64,000 bases of DNA from Candidatus Poseidoniales archaeon (GCA_003602475.1 QQSC01000015.1:46313-110312); one strand, 5' to 3'; positions 28,101 through 37,864 are shown, counted from the stretch's first letter. Made by a program: numbers and translations. Notes: a model not told the origin generated them from the letters alone.

Positions 28101-31100
28101 ATGTTGACACCTGGATGGGTCATGTCGGTGATGTTGAGGCCTCCTCCGTTGCCAAGAGTTCGAACCGTTAGCGGGTGAGCCCGTCGCATGGTGTAGTCTT
28201 CAACAGGCGAGTATTGACCGCTGTTTTCCCATCCGAACAAACCCTCCTCGGTGGTAATCCAAAGATGATTTGCACCAAGCGTCCCGTCGAGAATTTCGCC
28301 CGGTCGGAAGGTGCCGAGAACGGCGTGGGCTCCAGTTCGGGCCTCGAGAAGAATGGCGCTTTGCAGCGAGGTCATGGCGAGCAACTGCTCCCCATCGCTG
28401 ACCATGCCGGTCACGCTGGGTTGAGTTTGCATAGCGGCGTTTCCATCTTCGAATTCATCGCTTGAACTGTTCCAATGGGTGAGTGGGCCCGAACCCGTCG
28501 CCACGTGAACGCCCCACCAGTCGCTGGCAAGGGCGGTGACCGTGTTTGAGGGAAGTTGGTCGAAGCGATGGGTTGAATCCACGGCGTTGCTGCTCAACGA
28601 GGCGATGCTTACCCCCGGTCGTTCCGCACCACGGCCGTCGTGAGCCAGGACCAGCATGGGGTTGATGCCACCAGGGTTGAGCACCGTCAAACCCCATGTT
28701 GAATCTCCGAGCAATCCATCGTTTGAGTCGATGGTCGTTGCGATGCCGGTTGTTTCATCCCAAGCCACCAAACCGAGCGGTGTGGCCATGTATACCGTGG
28801 TGCCCACGGCCAAAATATCCTCCACAATGCTGGTGGGCAATCCGTTGGCGGCTGTGATTGAATCCATCCAATCGGCTTGAGCGTAATCCCATCGGCCGAC
28901 ACCGCCGTCGGTGGCGATGTAGAGAATGCTGCTGGTTTCTGTGAATCCGTTGATCACGCTGGAAGGTAGACCGCCAACGAGGCGTCCACTTGTGAACTGC
29001 TGACTGCTGACGTCAAAGCGTTGCACGCCCGGCGGGCTTCCACCGTCACCAGAAAGACCGATGATGAGTTCGGTTCCGCTCACCGCCATGGTGTCCATTT
29101 TGTTGTGCAATGCGCCGTTTCGCATGCTCACGGCGCCGGTGGTGGTGTCGAGAACCATCAACCCGCTGGGGTTGGTGGTGATGTAGAGGTCGGTCCCGTC
29201 AAGATGCATGCTGCCAGCCACCGAGTTGGCCGTGAGTGTCCATCCGTAGTCCCACTCCACGCTTCCGTTGGGCAGGAAGGTTCCTTGCAACAAGCCGGCA
29301 GAAGTGCCGAAGTTGCCCGTTTGCCCGCCGCCAGTAAGAACGCCGGTGGCCGCCCAAATGTGCGTGGCGTTTGATGCCATGGCGGTTACTTGACCGCTCA
29401 CAAGGCCGGGGAGATCAACCACCTTTTGGATGCCGAGAGAGGAGAGGGTCGAGACATGACTGTAGCCAGAAGTTCCACCTGCTTGACCGATCATCCAGCC
29501 CGTGTTGGATCCCATCCATTGCAACGATGTGACGGATGAACCCGCCCCGGAAACGGCGGCTTGGCCGCTTGATGCCCCGTTCGAGGCGAGCAGAGAATAC
29601 CCGCCTCCGATGGCGCTTCCTACGGACCCAATACCGTGTCCGACGATCAATTGACCGTTGGCATGGGCCAAACCGTCGTACCATATTCGGTCGGCAGGGA
29701 GGTTATGGCTGGATTGGGTCAAACTTGTGAGCCATGTTGAGGTCGTGTAGCTGTATTTTGAGATGGGTTGGTTGTCTTGGTAGTACCCAACGTAGAGGGT
29801 TTCTGAAGTGTCGCAAGCCACCGAGGCGGGCTGATTGCCATCGAGGTCAAACCGTTCAAAAGCGGCGTCCATGGTTTGATTCTGGACGTCCAGCCGAGCA
29901 ATGCCGTCGGGGTACATGGCAATGTTGAGCAAACCACCGCACTCGACCATCGCAATGGGGTAGCCGTTGGGGACATTGGCATCCGAATTGGCTTCGTAGG
30001 TCGTCCAGGCCCCTGAACCGTCAAGATGGCTGACAATGCCTTCGGCAAAGCCGCCCCACGATTGCAATCGAGCCCCACCAACGATCAAGTCGCTTCCGTC
30101 GGTCCAAAGGTCGAGGAACTGGTCGCCTGCATTGCTGGGCATGTTCACGCCTTCAGACCATGCCGTAGCCCATTGGTTTGAGGTTTCATTGTAGCGTAGG
30201 ATTTCGTCGTTGGCCGCCATCAGCGTGAGGCCTTCGAATTCAACAATGCCACGGATTGGTAAATCAAAACCGTCCCATGAGCCGGTAAGCGTGCCGTTTG
30301 GAGCGTACAGGTCAAGCCGGAGTTCGCCCCAAGCCACCCACGTGTTGCCGTTGCTGCTGGTGTAGGCCGTGACCCTGTCAATGGAGCCGGTGGGCAAAAG
30401 AGCAGAATCAAACGCATTCGATGAGGTGTTCCACACCGCAATACCGCCCGAGCCGTCAGCGTTCCACCACTGGCCGGATGAAAGTGAAATGAACAGATGA
30501 TCGCCCCTGAGGTGCATGCTGTAGACGTCGCCGTTGTTTTCGCTGAGTTCAGTCCCGATGTCAAGAGCACCAGGGTTCGTGAAATTAACCACATCCAATC
30601 GCCCTACTTCGTCACCGTTTGTGCTTGAATGGTAGTACATGATGCCGTTGTGAATGGTCATTTGGTAGGCGGAGCCTGAAGCATCGTAGAGGTTGCTGTT
30701 CGTTTCGATGTCGTAGATTTCAGCGCCCGTCGTGGTGTTGATGAGTTGAAATCCGTCGTTGCCGCCGACCCACAAATGCCCGGGGCGCACGTCCGCTACC
30801 AAGCCGGTAATGTCGTCGTTTCCACCGTCCAACTGACCGTTGGCTTCTGAAAACGATGACAACCATTGGCCAGATGTGAGGTTGTAGCGCAAGACACCCA
30901 ATCCATCGGTGCCAATGTAGGCAATGTCGTCAATGATTTCCACCACGGCGTTCCCTGTCTGCGAGGCTTCGCCCCAGTTGAAATCGTGCTGGAACGTGGA
31001 TTTGTCGATCACACCAACGCCGGTGGTCGTCCCACCAAAGACGTAATTTGAGTTCAAACCAACCGAATACGTGGCCCAGTTTGGCATGCCGTCGAAGACG

Positions 31101-33484
31101 TTTTGGCAATCGTTGATTCCCAGCGTGGCGATGCTGTATTTGCAGACCCCGATGTTGGTGGCGGCGTACAAACTTCCTCCAGAAATGCTTACATCAACTG
31201 CGAAATCAAAGAACTGATTTGGCCGAGTGTCCCAAGAAGATCCCTGGCCGAATGTGGTGAATTGTGAACCGTCCCATTTCCGTGCACCTTGCTGGGTGCC
31301 GATGTAAAGGTTGGAGCCGTCCGATTCAAGCGCATAGATCTGGTTGCTTGGCAGTTGGGGGTTTCGCCCATTGCTGGTAAACGGGGCCAGAATTTCACCG
31401 GTTAGGAGGTTTTTCCGGGCCACGCCGTATCCGGGTAGGCCGAGAAACAACTCGTTCCCGACCGTGGCTACCGGTGCAAAACTGACACCGTTCACACCGG
31501 TTGATATCCATGGCGTCATCCAGGTGCCGTTGGCGATATCGTATCGCAAAACGCCCTCGTCTTGACTCGCAACATACCCGATGCCGTTGTGAAGGGCGAC
31601 ATCACCGAGATCTTGGGTGGGCAAGTCGCCGTTGGCTGTTACCGAGCAGGTTCCAGTGGTGCGGTCAACGTGAACAACGGTGCCGGTGCTCAAGGAAATG
31701 AAGACGGATGCGGCATCCACAGCCATGCTGACGATGTCGGCGTTGAATGTATTGGAGCAATTCTGACCGTTGATGGTGCCCAAGAGAGCACCTGAAGTGG
31801 ACCATTGCTCAACGGAAAACCCATTGTCGGTGCCGACGAACAAATCCGTGCCGTCGGTGGCCAACTCCAGCACTTCTTGACCGTTCAACGACCACGGAGT
31901 TTGCCAAACGGCGTTGGCCACATCGTAGCGCATCACCCCCGTTCCGTCTGAAGTCCCGATGTAAACCACGCCTCCCAACTCCAGCACTTCTTGCATGTCG
32001 TCCGTGGCGGGCCCGCTGGAAAGAAGCATGTTCCCTTGATGCAGGGTGTTGGACTGCGGCGTCATCTTCGCCAGCAACCCACTGCCATCCGAGAGCATGA
32101 TCGTGTCGTTGGTGGGGGCTGCGGGGCCCGTCGAGGGCCAAATGAAAGCGAATTCGGCGTCGTTGACCAGCCCCACACTGCTCAAATCAACGGTTGTTCC
32201 GAACACACCCATCGTCGTGTTGTAGGTGTGGACGGAGGGGCCGTTGGCGATGAGGACCGCATCACCAACCGCTGCAATTCCGCCAATGCGGTTGTCGTCG
32301 AGCCAATTGCCCTCGTTCCAGGTGGACAACCAAAATCCAGCGTTGTGGTTGTAGCGGCCGATGCCGTTGTCAAGAGAGCCAAGCAGGAGTTGATTGCCAA
32401 CCGTGAGGAAGGTGTGGATGCTGTCAGAGTGAAGGACGTTGGCAGATGACCATGCAGAGAGGGATTGTGCCGTCACAGTATCGTAGCGCAAGACCCCTGT
32501 GCCTTGGATGGCAGCATAGATGACGCCTCCTGTCTCATGGAGGGCGAGAGCCGTCCCTGCGGAATCGCTGACGGTGATCAAGCTGGTCCAAGATGCACCA
32601 TCAAACATCATGAGGCCGTTGTTGTTGGCTGCGAACACCTCACCTGCTGAGGACAGCATGAACGCATCAGGTGTGCTGGGAGGTGCTGGAACCGGCGATT
32701 GAACGCTCAAATCAAGCAGCGAGAAAGCGTGGAGCGAACCGTCTCCAGCCAACACGTGAAGGAGGCCATTGGCGGTGTCGACCACCAAATTTCGTGCTCC
32801 CTGGTGGGTTTCAAGATCGATCAAATCCAACACATGAGGGTCGGTGTTGGCATGAAGCATCATCAAATCGTTGTTCATGGCCAGGAAGAGCACGCCCGTG
32901 TCGGGGTGGACGGCGACATCGTGCAGCACGGTTGGCAAGGGCCGTAGAGACACGGCCGGGTCGACCGGGGCCAATGTTTGAATGACCAAGTCCGTGATGA
33001 CAGCACTGGAGGGCAAATCCCAACCTGCTGCTGAATTGGAATTTGGCGACATTCGACCGCTGTAGGTGGGGCCGCTGGCGAAGCCTTCAGCTTCACCCAA
33101 CACGCCCAATCCGCGCCAATCGAGGAGATTCACACCCAACCCGTCGACGGCAAGCATCGGCTCCTCTACGGTCATTCCTGCTTGACCGCTCGCCCGAATC
33201 TCAAGCGTGACGTTGGACAATTCAGCACCCGGTGCGAACGATAGATTCCACATCGTCGAGGCTTGTTGGCCGCTGATTGAGTCGGCTCCCGTGGCATCCA
33301 ACGTGACCCATCCCGTGTCGTCGGAGCCTTCCAGTGGCCACGATACTCCGCTGGGTTCAGCGTGAGCAGAAACGGTGGGAACCATCAGCATTGGTGAAAT
33401 GGACATCATGAGCATCAGCACGACCATTTCCACAGCCCTTCGGCCGGCTGGAGGTGAAACCCGGCTTGCGTCGCGTGAACTCAT
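25193..33484 (-). CDS. Giant (2763 aa) membrane-anchored surface protein: beta-propeller repeats plus tandem FN3-like repeats
   Basis: Signal peptide; many YxxTxxG-V-x-RY propeller-type blades; about 6 repeats of D-x-P-x-D-x-G…W…D-x-A-x-Y-x-V; TM helix; cytoplasmic tail ending DTSFLDDLL. Confidence 0.85.
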   Translation of the reverse strand: MSSRDASRVSPPAGRRAVEMVVLMLMMSISPMLMVPTVSAHAEPSGVSWPLEGSDDTGWVTLDATGADSISGQQASTMWNLSFAPGAELSNVTLEIRASGQAGMTVEEPMLAVDGLGVNLLDWRGLGVLGEAEGFASGPTYSGRMSPNSNSAAGWDLPSSAVITDLVIQTLAPVDPAVSLRPLPTVLHDVAVHPDTGVLFLAMNNDLMMLHANTDPHVLDLIDLETHQGARNLVVDTANGLLHVLAGDGSLHAFSLLDLSVQSPVPAPPSTPDAFMLSSAGEVFAANNNGLMMFDGASWTSLITVSDSAGTALALHETGGVIYAAIQGTGVLRYDTVTAQSLSAWSSANVLHSDSIHTFLTVGNQLLLGSLDNGIGRYNHNAGFWLSTWNEGNWLDDNRIGGIAAVGDAVLIANGPSVHTYNTTMGVFGTTVDLSSVGLVNDAEFAFIWPSTGPAAPTNDTIMLSDGSGLLAKMTPQSNTLHQGNMLLSSGPATDDMQEVLELGGVVYIGTSDGTGVMRYDVANAVWQTPWSLNGQEVLELATDGTDLFVGTDNGFSVEQWSTSGALLGTINGQNCSNTFNADIVSMAVDAASVFISLSTGTVVHVDRTTGTCSVTANGDLPTQDLGDVALHNGIGYVASQDEGVLRYDIANGTWMTPWISTGVNGVSFAPVATVGNELFLGLPGYGVARKNLLTGEILAPFTSNGRNPQLPSNQIYALESDGSNLYIGTQQGARKWDGSQFTTFGQGSSWDTRPNQFFDFAVDVSISGGSLYAATNIGVCKYSIATLGINDCQNVFDGMPNWATYSVGLNSNYVFGGTTTGVGVIDKSTFQHDFNWGEASQTGNAVVEIIDDIAYIGTDGLGVLRYNLTSGQWLSSFSEANGQLDGGNDDITGLVADVRPGHLWVGGNDGFQLINTTTGAEIYDIETNSNLYDASGSAYQMTIHNGIMYYHSSTNGDEVGRLDVVNFTNPGALDIGTELSENNGDVYSMHLRGDHLFISLSSGQWWNADGSGGIAVWNTSSNAFDSALLPTGSIDRVTAYTSSNGNTWVAWGELRLDLYAPNGTLTGSWDGFDLPIRGIVEFEGLTLMAANDEILRYNETSNQWATAWSEGVNMPSNAGDQFLDLWTDGSDLIVGGARLQSWGGFAEGIVSHLDGSGAWTTYEANSDANVPNGYPIAMVECGGLLNIAMYPDGIARLDVQNQTMDAAFERFDLDGNQPASVACDTSETLYVGYYQDNQPISKYSYTTSTWLTSLTQSSHNLPADRIWYDGLAHANGQLIVGHGIGSVGSAIGGGYSLLASNGASSGQAAVSGAGSSVTSLQWMGSNTGWMIGQAGGTSGYSHVSTLSSLGIQKVVDLPGLVSGQVTAMASNATHIWAATGVLTGGGQTGNFGTSAGLLQGTFLPNGSVEWDYGWTLTANSVAGSMHLDGTDLYITTNPSGLMVLDTTTGAVSMRNGALHNKMDTMAVSGTELIIGLSGDGGSPPGVQRFDVSSQQFTSGRLVGGLPSSVINGFTETSSILYIATDGGVGRWDYAQADWMDSITAANGLPTSIVEDILAVGTTVYMATPLGLVAWDETTGIATTIDSNDGLLGDSTWGLTVLNPGGINPMLVLAHDGRGAERPGVSIASLSSNAVDSTHRFDQLPSNTVTALASDWWGVHVATGSGPLTHWNSSSDEFEDGNAAMQTQPSVTGMVSDGEQLLAMTSLQSAILLEARTGAHAVLGTFRPGEILDGTLGANHLWITTEEGLFGWENSGQYSPVEDYTMRRAHPLTVRTLGNGGGLNITDMTHPGVNITLVDPSDPYALNAELGTAGAHGVLFQNVPLVFTSPVNGAAVWTQSERLLYDITLDLSNDPALGMNLQSAVDVAPLYNNTRHVSLRLLSPSNGSMEARITYDYVRTDTPVVMQDLTDRPDDGGGALMASWSLVHDEDFARYVVFVNEGPWETAPTEAMLMQRTPDKAVSLHSRLSTEVQTANGVPLQDGVDYHAVVVVEYNDGRWGDISPSVGPATSSNEVPRPPAWAQALPAEGDDNDGDLSLEWARCTALDLASTNVYVATTPFTDAFGLTPASTYLPNQGNLSTIALTPGVPVWIGWTCVDQSGQENLSDITVVGPVVPTGELNDNQAPDPIEGTRALDVPEDEGGRINVEWNASDAEDCAFYTVFMSPWDEAMQNDASLSLSDPSSVESFSQAAIINDCLTTSIVLNRLDGIPLTDGRSYAVGVVAYDAWLNGNIDDVTLVLATPMQNVIGQGSTPNRITTLLAFDHPEDDGTAIDVVWEPSQVDDFASYTVWVADQPVTDLSALYALTGTDANACGCFSFNKQWIDEETNPIQLTLSTALYTNGGGLTDGAPGLIQPGIELYTAVTVHDLRGNVHLTDLTQATVTPVDNLNDNTAPERLTEVRLVDRPNDNGQALLLDFDLSEAGDVAAYEVYAATYDFNGEVTALLTPVATLGRNPALPVVIDLVAGDTPVVPGQQIWAAVVVVDSSSNSFTDMLTMVSAEATNEGITDPGVYLPDIANVGVSWFEETSILVEWNHSTDARVRGYQVYIHDEAFEDTGIATMVGEVRASNSYLITSELYEELDNTTGWHLAVVAFDETVSKTTVESLLLLPVNGDEAGTESTEDGDGLQLESLLTGPNLVAAGMVIVVLLLLVLVARSRSGGQKRNKNWELQEATWGIETPSWEAPQGMPAPSPPQGVSAQQASDIYAAAEQIQSPDYGQTAYQAPQPVVQPRVDMNLLDGLVDEPQAPSQPKVDTSFLDDLL

Positions 33485-33590
33485 GAAATTAAGCCGGCTT
33501 TCAACATATTTGAACGCGGTCCCTTAATGCGCCCGTTTTGCTCAGCAGGAGCGGGTTTGGCCGAGATGTTGCGCCCGTCAAACGGGGACG

Positions 33591-35963
33591 GTGCCCGCGC
33601 TGAGGGTCACAAGACTGAAACACCCGCCTCCTCAGGACGGACAGGGTGTTAAAATCGAACGCGATACCAAGGAAGAACATCTTCGAAAAGAAGCCCTTGC
33701 CTACCACGAGCTCGAACCGCGCGGGAAAATCAAGGTTGTACCCACGAAACCTCACGCTACTGCGCACGAGTTGAGTTTGGCGTATTCTCCGGGCGTGGCT
33801 TATCCGTGTTTGGAAATCGCAGAGCGGCCCGAAGACGCCTATCGCTACACATCCAAGGGGAATTTGGTTGCTGTTATCTCCAACGGTACGGCCGTCCTCG
33901 GCCTTGGAAACATAGGGGCGTTGGCGAGCAAACCCGTCATGGAGGGCAAGGGACTTTTGCTCAAAACCTTCGCTGGCATCGACGTCTTTGATATTGAGGT
34001 GGACACCGAGGACCCGGAAGCCTTCATTCAGACGGTGGTGAACATTTCCAAGACGTTTGGTGGCATCAATCTCGAGGACATCAAAGCGCCGGAGTGCTTT
34101 GAAATCGAACGTCGAATCGCTGAAGCGACCGATATTCCGGTGATGCACGACGATCAACACGGCACCGCCATCATCTCGGCGGCGGCGCTGTTGAACGCTG
34201 CTGAATTGCAAGAAAAGCCTCTTGCGGACATCAAGGTGGTTGTGATTGGGGCTGGGGCTTCAGCATTGGCTTGCGCAACGCATTACGTCGCCATCGGTGT
34301 GGACATGGCCAACATCACGTTGGTCGACAGCAAAGGCATCGTGACCAAGCAACGGTTGGAAGACGGAGAGATCAACGAATACAAAGCACCCTTCGCCAAG
34401 GACCGAGAACCGGGCGATTTGGCCGATGCATTGGTGGGCGCTGACGTGATGCTCGGCTTGTCCCGAGGCGGGTTGGTCACCAAGGAAATGGTCGCCAGCA
34501 TGGCGGACCGACCGATCGTGTTCGCTCTGGCCAACCCCACGCCTGAGATTCTTCCCGAGGAAATCTTGACGGTTCGTCAAGACGCCATCATAGCCACTGG
34601 ACGCTCCGACTATGCAAATCAGGTGAACAACGTGCTCGGGTTCCCTTACATCTTCAGAGGCGCCCTTGATGTTCGAGCCAGGGACATCACACAGAACATG
34701 AAAATGGCGGCCACTCGGGCGCTGGCAGCCTTGGCCAAGGAACCCGTTCCCGATTACATTTCAGAAGCCTACGACGGTGTAACGATGCAGTACGGACCCG
34801 AATACATCATTCCCAAACCGTTTGACCGGAGGGTGTTGATCTGGGAGGCCGCCGCCGTAGCGCAGGCAGCCGTTGACGAAGGCATAGCGAGCGTGACCGC
34901 CGACTCTTTTGATGTTGAAGTCTACAAGGAAGAACTCGAAGCCCGGCTTGGAGAATCCTATTCGGTGATGCGCCAGGTGATCAACCAAGTCAAAGGCAAG
35001 GGCAAGCGTATCGTGTTCCCGGAGGGCGACAACGAATCTGTTCTTCGGGCTGCAGCCCAATTGGCCGAACAGCGAATTTGCTTCCCCGTGCTGCTGGGTC
35101 CCGTTGATCGAATCGACCGTATGGTGGAGGAACTTGGCTTGGATTTCGCCTATGAACGCTACGACCCCCGGTACGACGAGCGACGAAAAGGAATCTACAC
35201 CGAGGCGTTTGTTGAGCAACGGCGCCGCAAAGGTGTCACGGCCCCTGACGCCTCACGATTGCTGAAAAGTCGCCCATATTTTGCATCGATGATGGTGAAG
35301 CAAGGCGACGCTGACGGGTTCGTTGGGGGCGTTAGTCGCCACTACGGCGATGTCCTTCGCCCAACGTTGCAACTCATCGGACCGGCAGAAGACAGCCATT
35401 GCACCATCGGATGCTACATGATGAACATCAAGGGGCGCACGATCTTCCTCGCTGATGCAACGGTCAATGTTTACCCCGACAGCAGAACGCTCGCTGAAAT
35501 TGCGGTTCAAACCGCCCGAGTTGCACGCAGATTTGGATTGAACCCCCGTGTAGCCATGCTTTCGTTCTCGAATTTTGGTTCTACACGAGCCCAACGAAGC
35601 GAACGCATTGAGGACGCTGTGATGATGGCTAGAGAACTCGACCCGACGTTGATGATCGACGGTCCCATGCAAGCCGATGTTGCGTTGAACACCAAGGCGC
35701 GGGGCGGGTACCCGTTCACAGACCTCGTTGGTCTCGCCAACGTGTTGGTGCTCCCCAACCTGGCCGCTGCCAACATCGCCTACAAACTGCTTGAGGAATT
35801 GGGCGATGCAGAAATGACGGGGCCTATTCTCGAAGGCATGGCCCACCCTGTTCAGTTGGTTGCTCGCCAAGACGGCGTTCGCCACATCGTCAACATGGCC
35901 ACCATGTGCGCAGCGGATGCGATTCGAAGAGAATCCTATTGGGAATCACTGACCGAGGATTGA
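33591..35963 (+). CDS. maeB: NADP-dependent malic enzyme with PTA-like domain
   Basis: LAYSPGVA, NGTAVLGLG, INLEDIKAPECF, HDDQHGTA, FALANP; C-terminal PTA-like domain (IVFPEG, DGPMQAD). Start uncertain. Confidence 0.93.
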   Translation: MPALRVTRLKHPPPQDGQGVKIERDTKEEHLRKEALAYHELEPRGKIKVVPTKPHATAHELSLAYSPGVAYPCLEIAERPEDAYRYTSKGNLVAVISNGTAVLGLGNIGALASKPVMEGKGLLLKTFAGIDVFDIEVDTEDPEAFIQTVVNISKTFGGINLEDIKAPECFEIERRIAEATDIPVMHDDQHGTAIISAAALLNAAELQEKPLADIKVVVIGAGASALACATHYVAIGVDMANITLVDSKGIVTKQRLEDGEINEYKAPFAKDREPGDLADALVGADVMLGLSRGGLVTKEMVASMADRPIVFALANPTPEILPEEILTVRQDAIIATGRSDYANQVNNVLGFPYIFRGALDVRARDITQNMKMAATRALAALAKEPVPDYISEAYDGVTMQYGPEYIIPKPFDRRVLIWEAAAVAQAAVDEGIASVTADSFDVEVYKEELEARLGESYSVMRQVINQVKGKGKRIVFPEGDNESVLRAAAQLAEQRICFPVLLGPVDRIDRMVEELGLDFAYERYDPRYDERRKGIYTEAFVEQRRRKGVTAPDASRLLKSRPYFASMMVKQGDADGFVGGVSRHYGDVLRPTLQLIGPAEDSHCTIGCYMMNIKGRTIFLADATVNVYPDSRTLAEIAVQTARVARRFGLNPRVAMLSFSNFGSTRAQRSERIEDAVMMARELDPTLMIDGPMQADVALNTKARGGYPFTDLVGLANVLVLPNLAAANIAYKLLEELGDAEMTGPILEGMAHPVQLVARQDGVRHIVNMATMCAADAIRRESYWESLTED

Positions 35964-36808
35964 GAACGCAACTCTCCGAGTGTGAGAACAGGGCGGCGCG
36001 GTCGCCACAACGCTCCGGTGAAGAACCCTGCACACAGACCACCCAACAGCAGGTTGAGCCAACCTTCAGCAGCGTAGTCGCCCATCCCTCTCAACACCGG
36101 TATCATGAACGAAGGGACAATGCCCAGAGCGGTCGTCCACAACAGTTCTGAGCGAAGATTCCCCCACCGGTCGGCAGAATCCGGGACACGAGTTGGTGGA
36201 CCTTCACGAATCGGTGTGAGCACCAAACGACCGACGACGTTTGGCAACGCCCGTCCATAAGGGACGCTGCCGAGCGCCGTCACGTGCTGGCGTTGGGGAT
36301 GAACCGCAACAGCAGCTCGCTGGTGAGCCGCTGGTCCGAGCCATTCGTTCGGCCGAGGACGGCCGTCCATCATGGCCCCGCGATAGTTGGCAGCAGGAGC
36401 GTCCACCAGACGTTCGGTGATGCCAGAAGGCACCTCGATGACCTTACCGATTCGAGCGGCTTGCCATTCGCCTTCCGATGGAGGCCGAACGGTCCAACCC
36501 TCCGAGTAGGGAGAATTTTTGAAATCGGGTGAATCCATCAGGTGGCTTGCCAATTCATCGAGGTCTGCGGAGGTGAGTTCCATCCATTCATCATTTCCGT
36601 TTTCCTCGGTGCTGATGCCCAACGCTCGCTTCACTTCGGTGGGTCGTAGCGGGGTTTTGAGGATGAAGAATTCAGGGAGTTGCACTTCATGGCTGGGCCG
36701 TTGTGACCCGTAAATCCAACCGCCTTTCGTGGTCCCCAAGATCGTCGTGCTCGCCGTTACCTCGTGGAAGCGGAGGCCGTTGAGTTGGATGCAGGTCACC
36801 GCCTTCAC
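35936..36808 (-). CDS. Degenerate FGE/SUMF1-like domain with two C-terminal TM helices
   Basis: RPSHEVQLPEFFI and RPPSEGEWQAA resemble FGE motifs. GTG start overlaps the upstream stop (GTGA). Confidence 0.55.
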   Translation of the reverse strand: MKAVTCIQLNGLRFHEVTASTTILGTTKGGWIYGSQRPSHEVQLPEFFILKTPLRPTEVKRALGISTEENGNDEWMELTSADLDELASHLMDSPDFKNSPYSEGWTVRPPSEGEWQAARIGKVIEVPSGITERLVDAPAANYRGAMMDGRPRPNEWLGPAAHQRAAVAVHPQRQHVTALGSVPYGRALPNVVGRLVLTPIREGPPTRVPDSADRWGNLRSELLWTTALGIVPSFMIPVLRGMGDYAAEGWLNLLLGGLCAGFFTGALWRPRRPVLTLGELRSQSSVSDSQ

Positions 36809-37497
36809 GCCAATGAGCCCATCATTCGTGTGTACCAAGCCATCCCCATCGTGTGGTCTTCCAGCAACTTGAATTGCGGGAATGGAGAGATTGAGCGCAT
36901 GTACCCAAAGGCAGCGAAGTCAACGATGTCCGGTTGGTCACCGCCAAAAAAAGGCTGTTCGTCGTGCGCTGCGGTGAATTCCGTCAACAGGTCGTGCCAC
37001 AATTTTTTCGGTGTTCGACCGTCGGATTTCACACGCTTTCGGGCGATGATGCCCCACATGATGGGAAAGCCAGCCCAAGCATAGAGGCGTTTGGAGATGA
37101 AGCCAAATTCTTCGAGTTTGGAGATGCGTGTGGTGGTTTTCAACGCCGAGCCCAGGGTGCCGTAAAGAATGGGCACGGTGGCCTTTGACATGTTGGTGTC
37201 CGCCCATTCAAGCCAGGTTTTGGTCCGCTCCTGATTGAGATGGCGGGTAAGTTGACCCTCGTTGTGATGCTTGTCGAGGTACTTCATGAGCGGCGTAGAA
37301 TCCACAACATGCTCGCCCGATGCAGCGGTGAACACGGGAACTTTACCCCAGTCGCCTGCAAAAGCAACATCTTTTTTGATTCGCATGCCGTTCACGGGGA
37401 CATATTCGACATCCAATCCGATGTGTTCGATGACCCCTCGTACCTTCCAACAAAAGGGGCAGGTGTTGAGGAGGTGAAGCGTGGGTTGTTCTCCCAT
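36805..37497 (-). CDS. Glutathione S-transferase family, mPGES-2-like
   Basis: TCPFCWKVR, GKVPV, VDST; C-terminal FFGGDQPDIVDFAAFG. Confidence 0.85.
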   Translation of the reverse strand: MGEQPTLHLLNTCPFCWKVRGVIEHIGLDVEYVPVNGMRIKKDVAFAGDWGKVPVFTAASGEHVVDSTPLMKYLDKHHNEGQLTRHLNQERTKTWLEWADTNMSKATVPILYGTLGSALKTTTRISKLEEFGFISKRLYAWAGFPIMWGIIARKRVKSDGRTPKKLWHDLLTEFTAAHDEQPFFGGDQPDIVDFAAFGYMRSISPFPQFKLLEDHTMGMAWYTRMMGSLA

Positions 37498-37522
37498 GTC
37501 GTAGGGAGTGGTGGAACCTTCT

Positions 37523-37864
37523 TCAACTCTCGTGCTCGCTCAAGGTGGACGGTTTCCATCCGGGTTTCCAAAACGCCAAGTTGTCGAGCCAGCCCAACCA
37601 TTCTTCATCGGTGCAGGTCAACAGGCGAAAGGCTCGTGATTCCAACCCCTCTCGCAGTGAGGATGGCATGGTACCTGCTTCCATGGCGTCGTGCCATTCA
37701 ACCTGCATTTGACGAATTTGCCGTCGAGCCTCCTCAGGCGTGTCAAAATTCATCTCGCAGGTGTCGCGTAAATCGCTCAACCACGTCCGTGTGTCTTTCA
37801 GCATCGGGTCGTTCGAGCCGCTGTAGGGCGCGTCGCGTTTCTTTCCAAACGGCCACCAACCCAT
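37523..37864 (-). CDS. Hypothetical Trp-rich protein
   Basis: 113-aa ORF from MGWWPFGKK, fills the gap and is co-oriented with the GST gene. Confidence 0.65.
   Translation of the reverse strand: MGWWPFGKKRDAPYSGSNDPMLKDTRTWLSDLRDTCEMNFDTPEEARRQIRQMQVEWHDAMEAGTMPSSLREGLESRAFRLLTCTDEEWLGWLDNLAFWKPGWKPSTLSEHES

Noticed and set aside
33583-33650. TPP riboswitch (GGTGC…GCTGAG…CACCC resemblance)
   Set aside because: The 3' half (ACCTGAT…P4/P5) is missing and the downstream gene is unrelated to thiamine.
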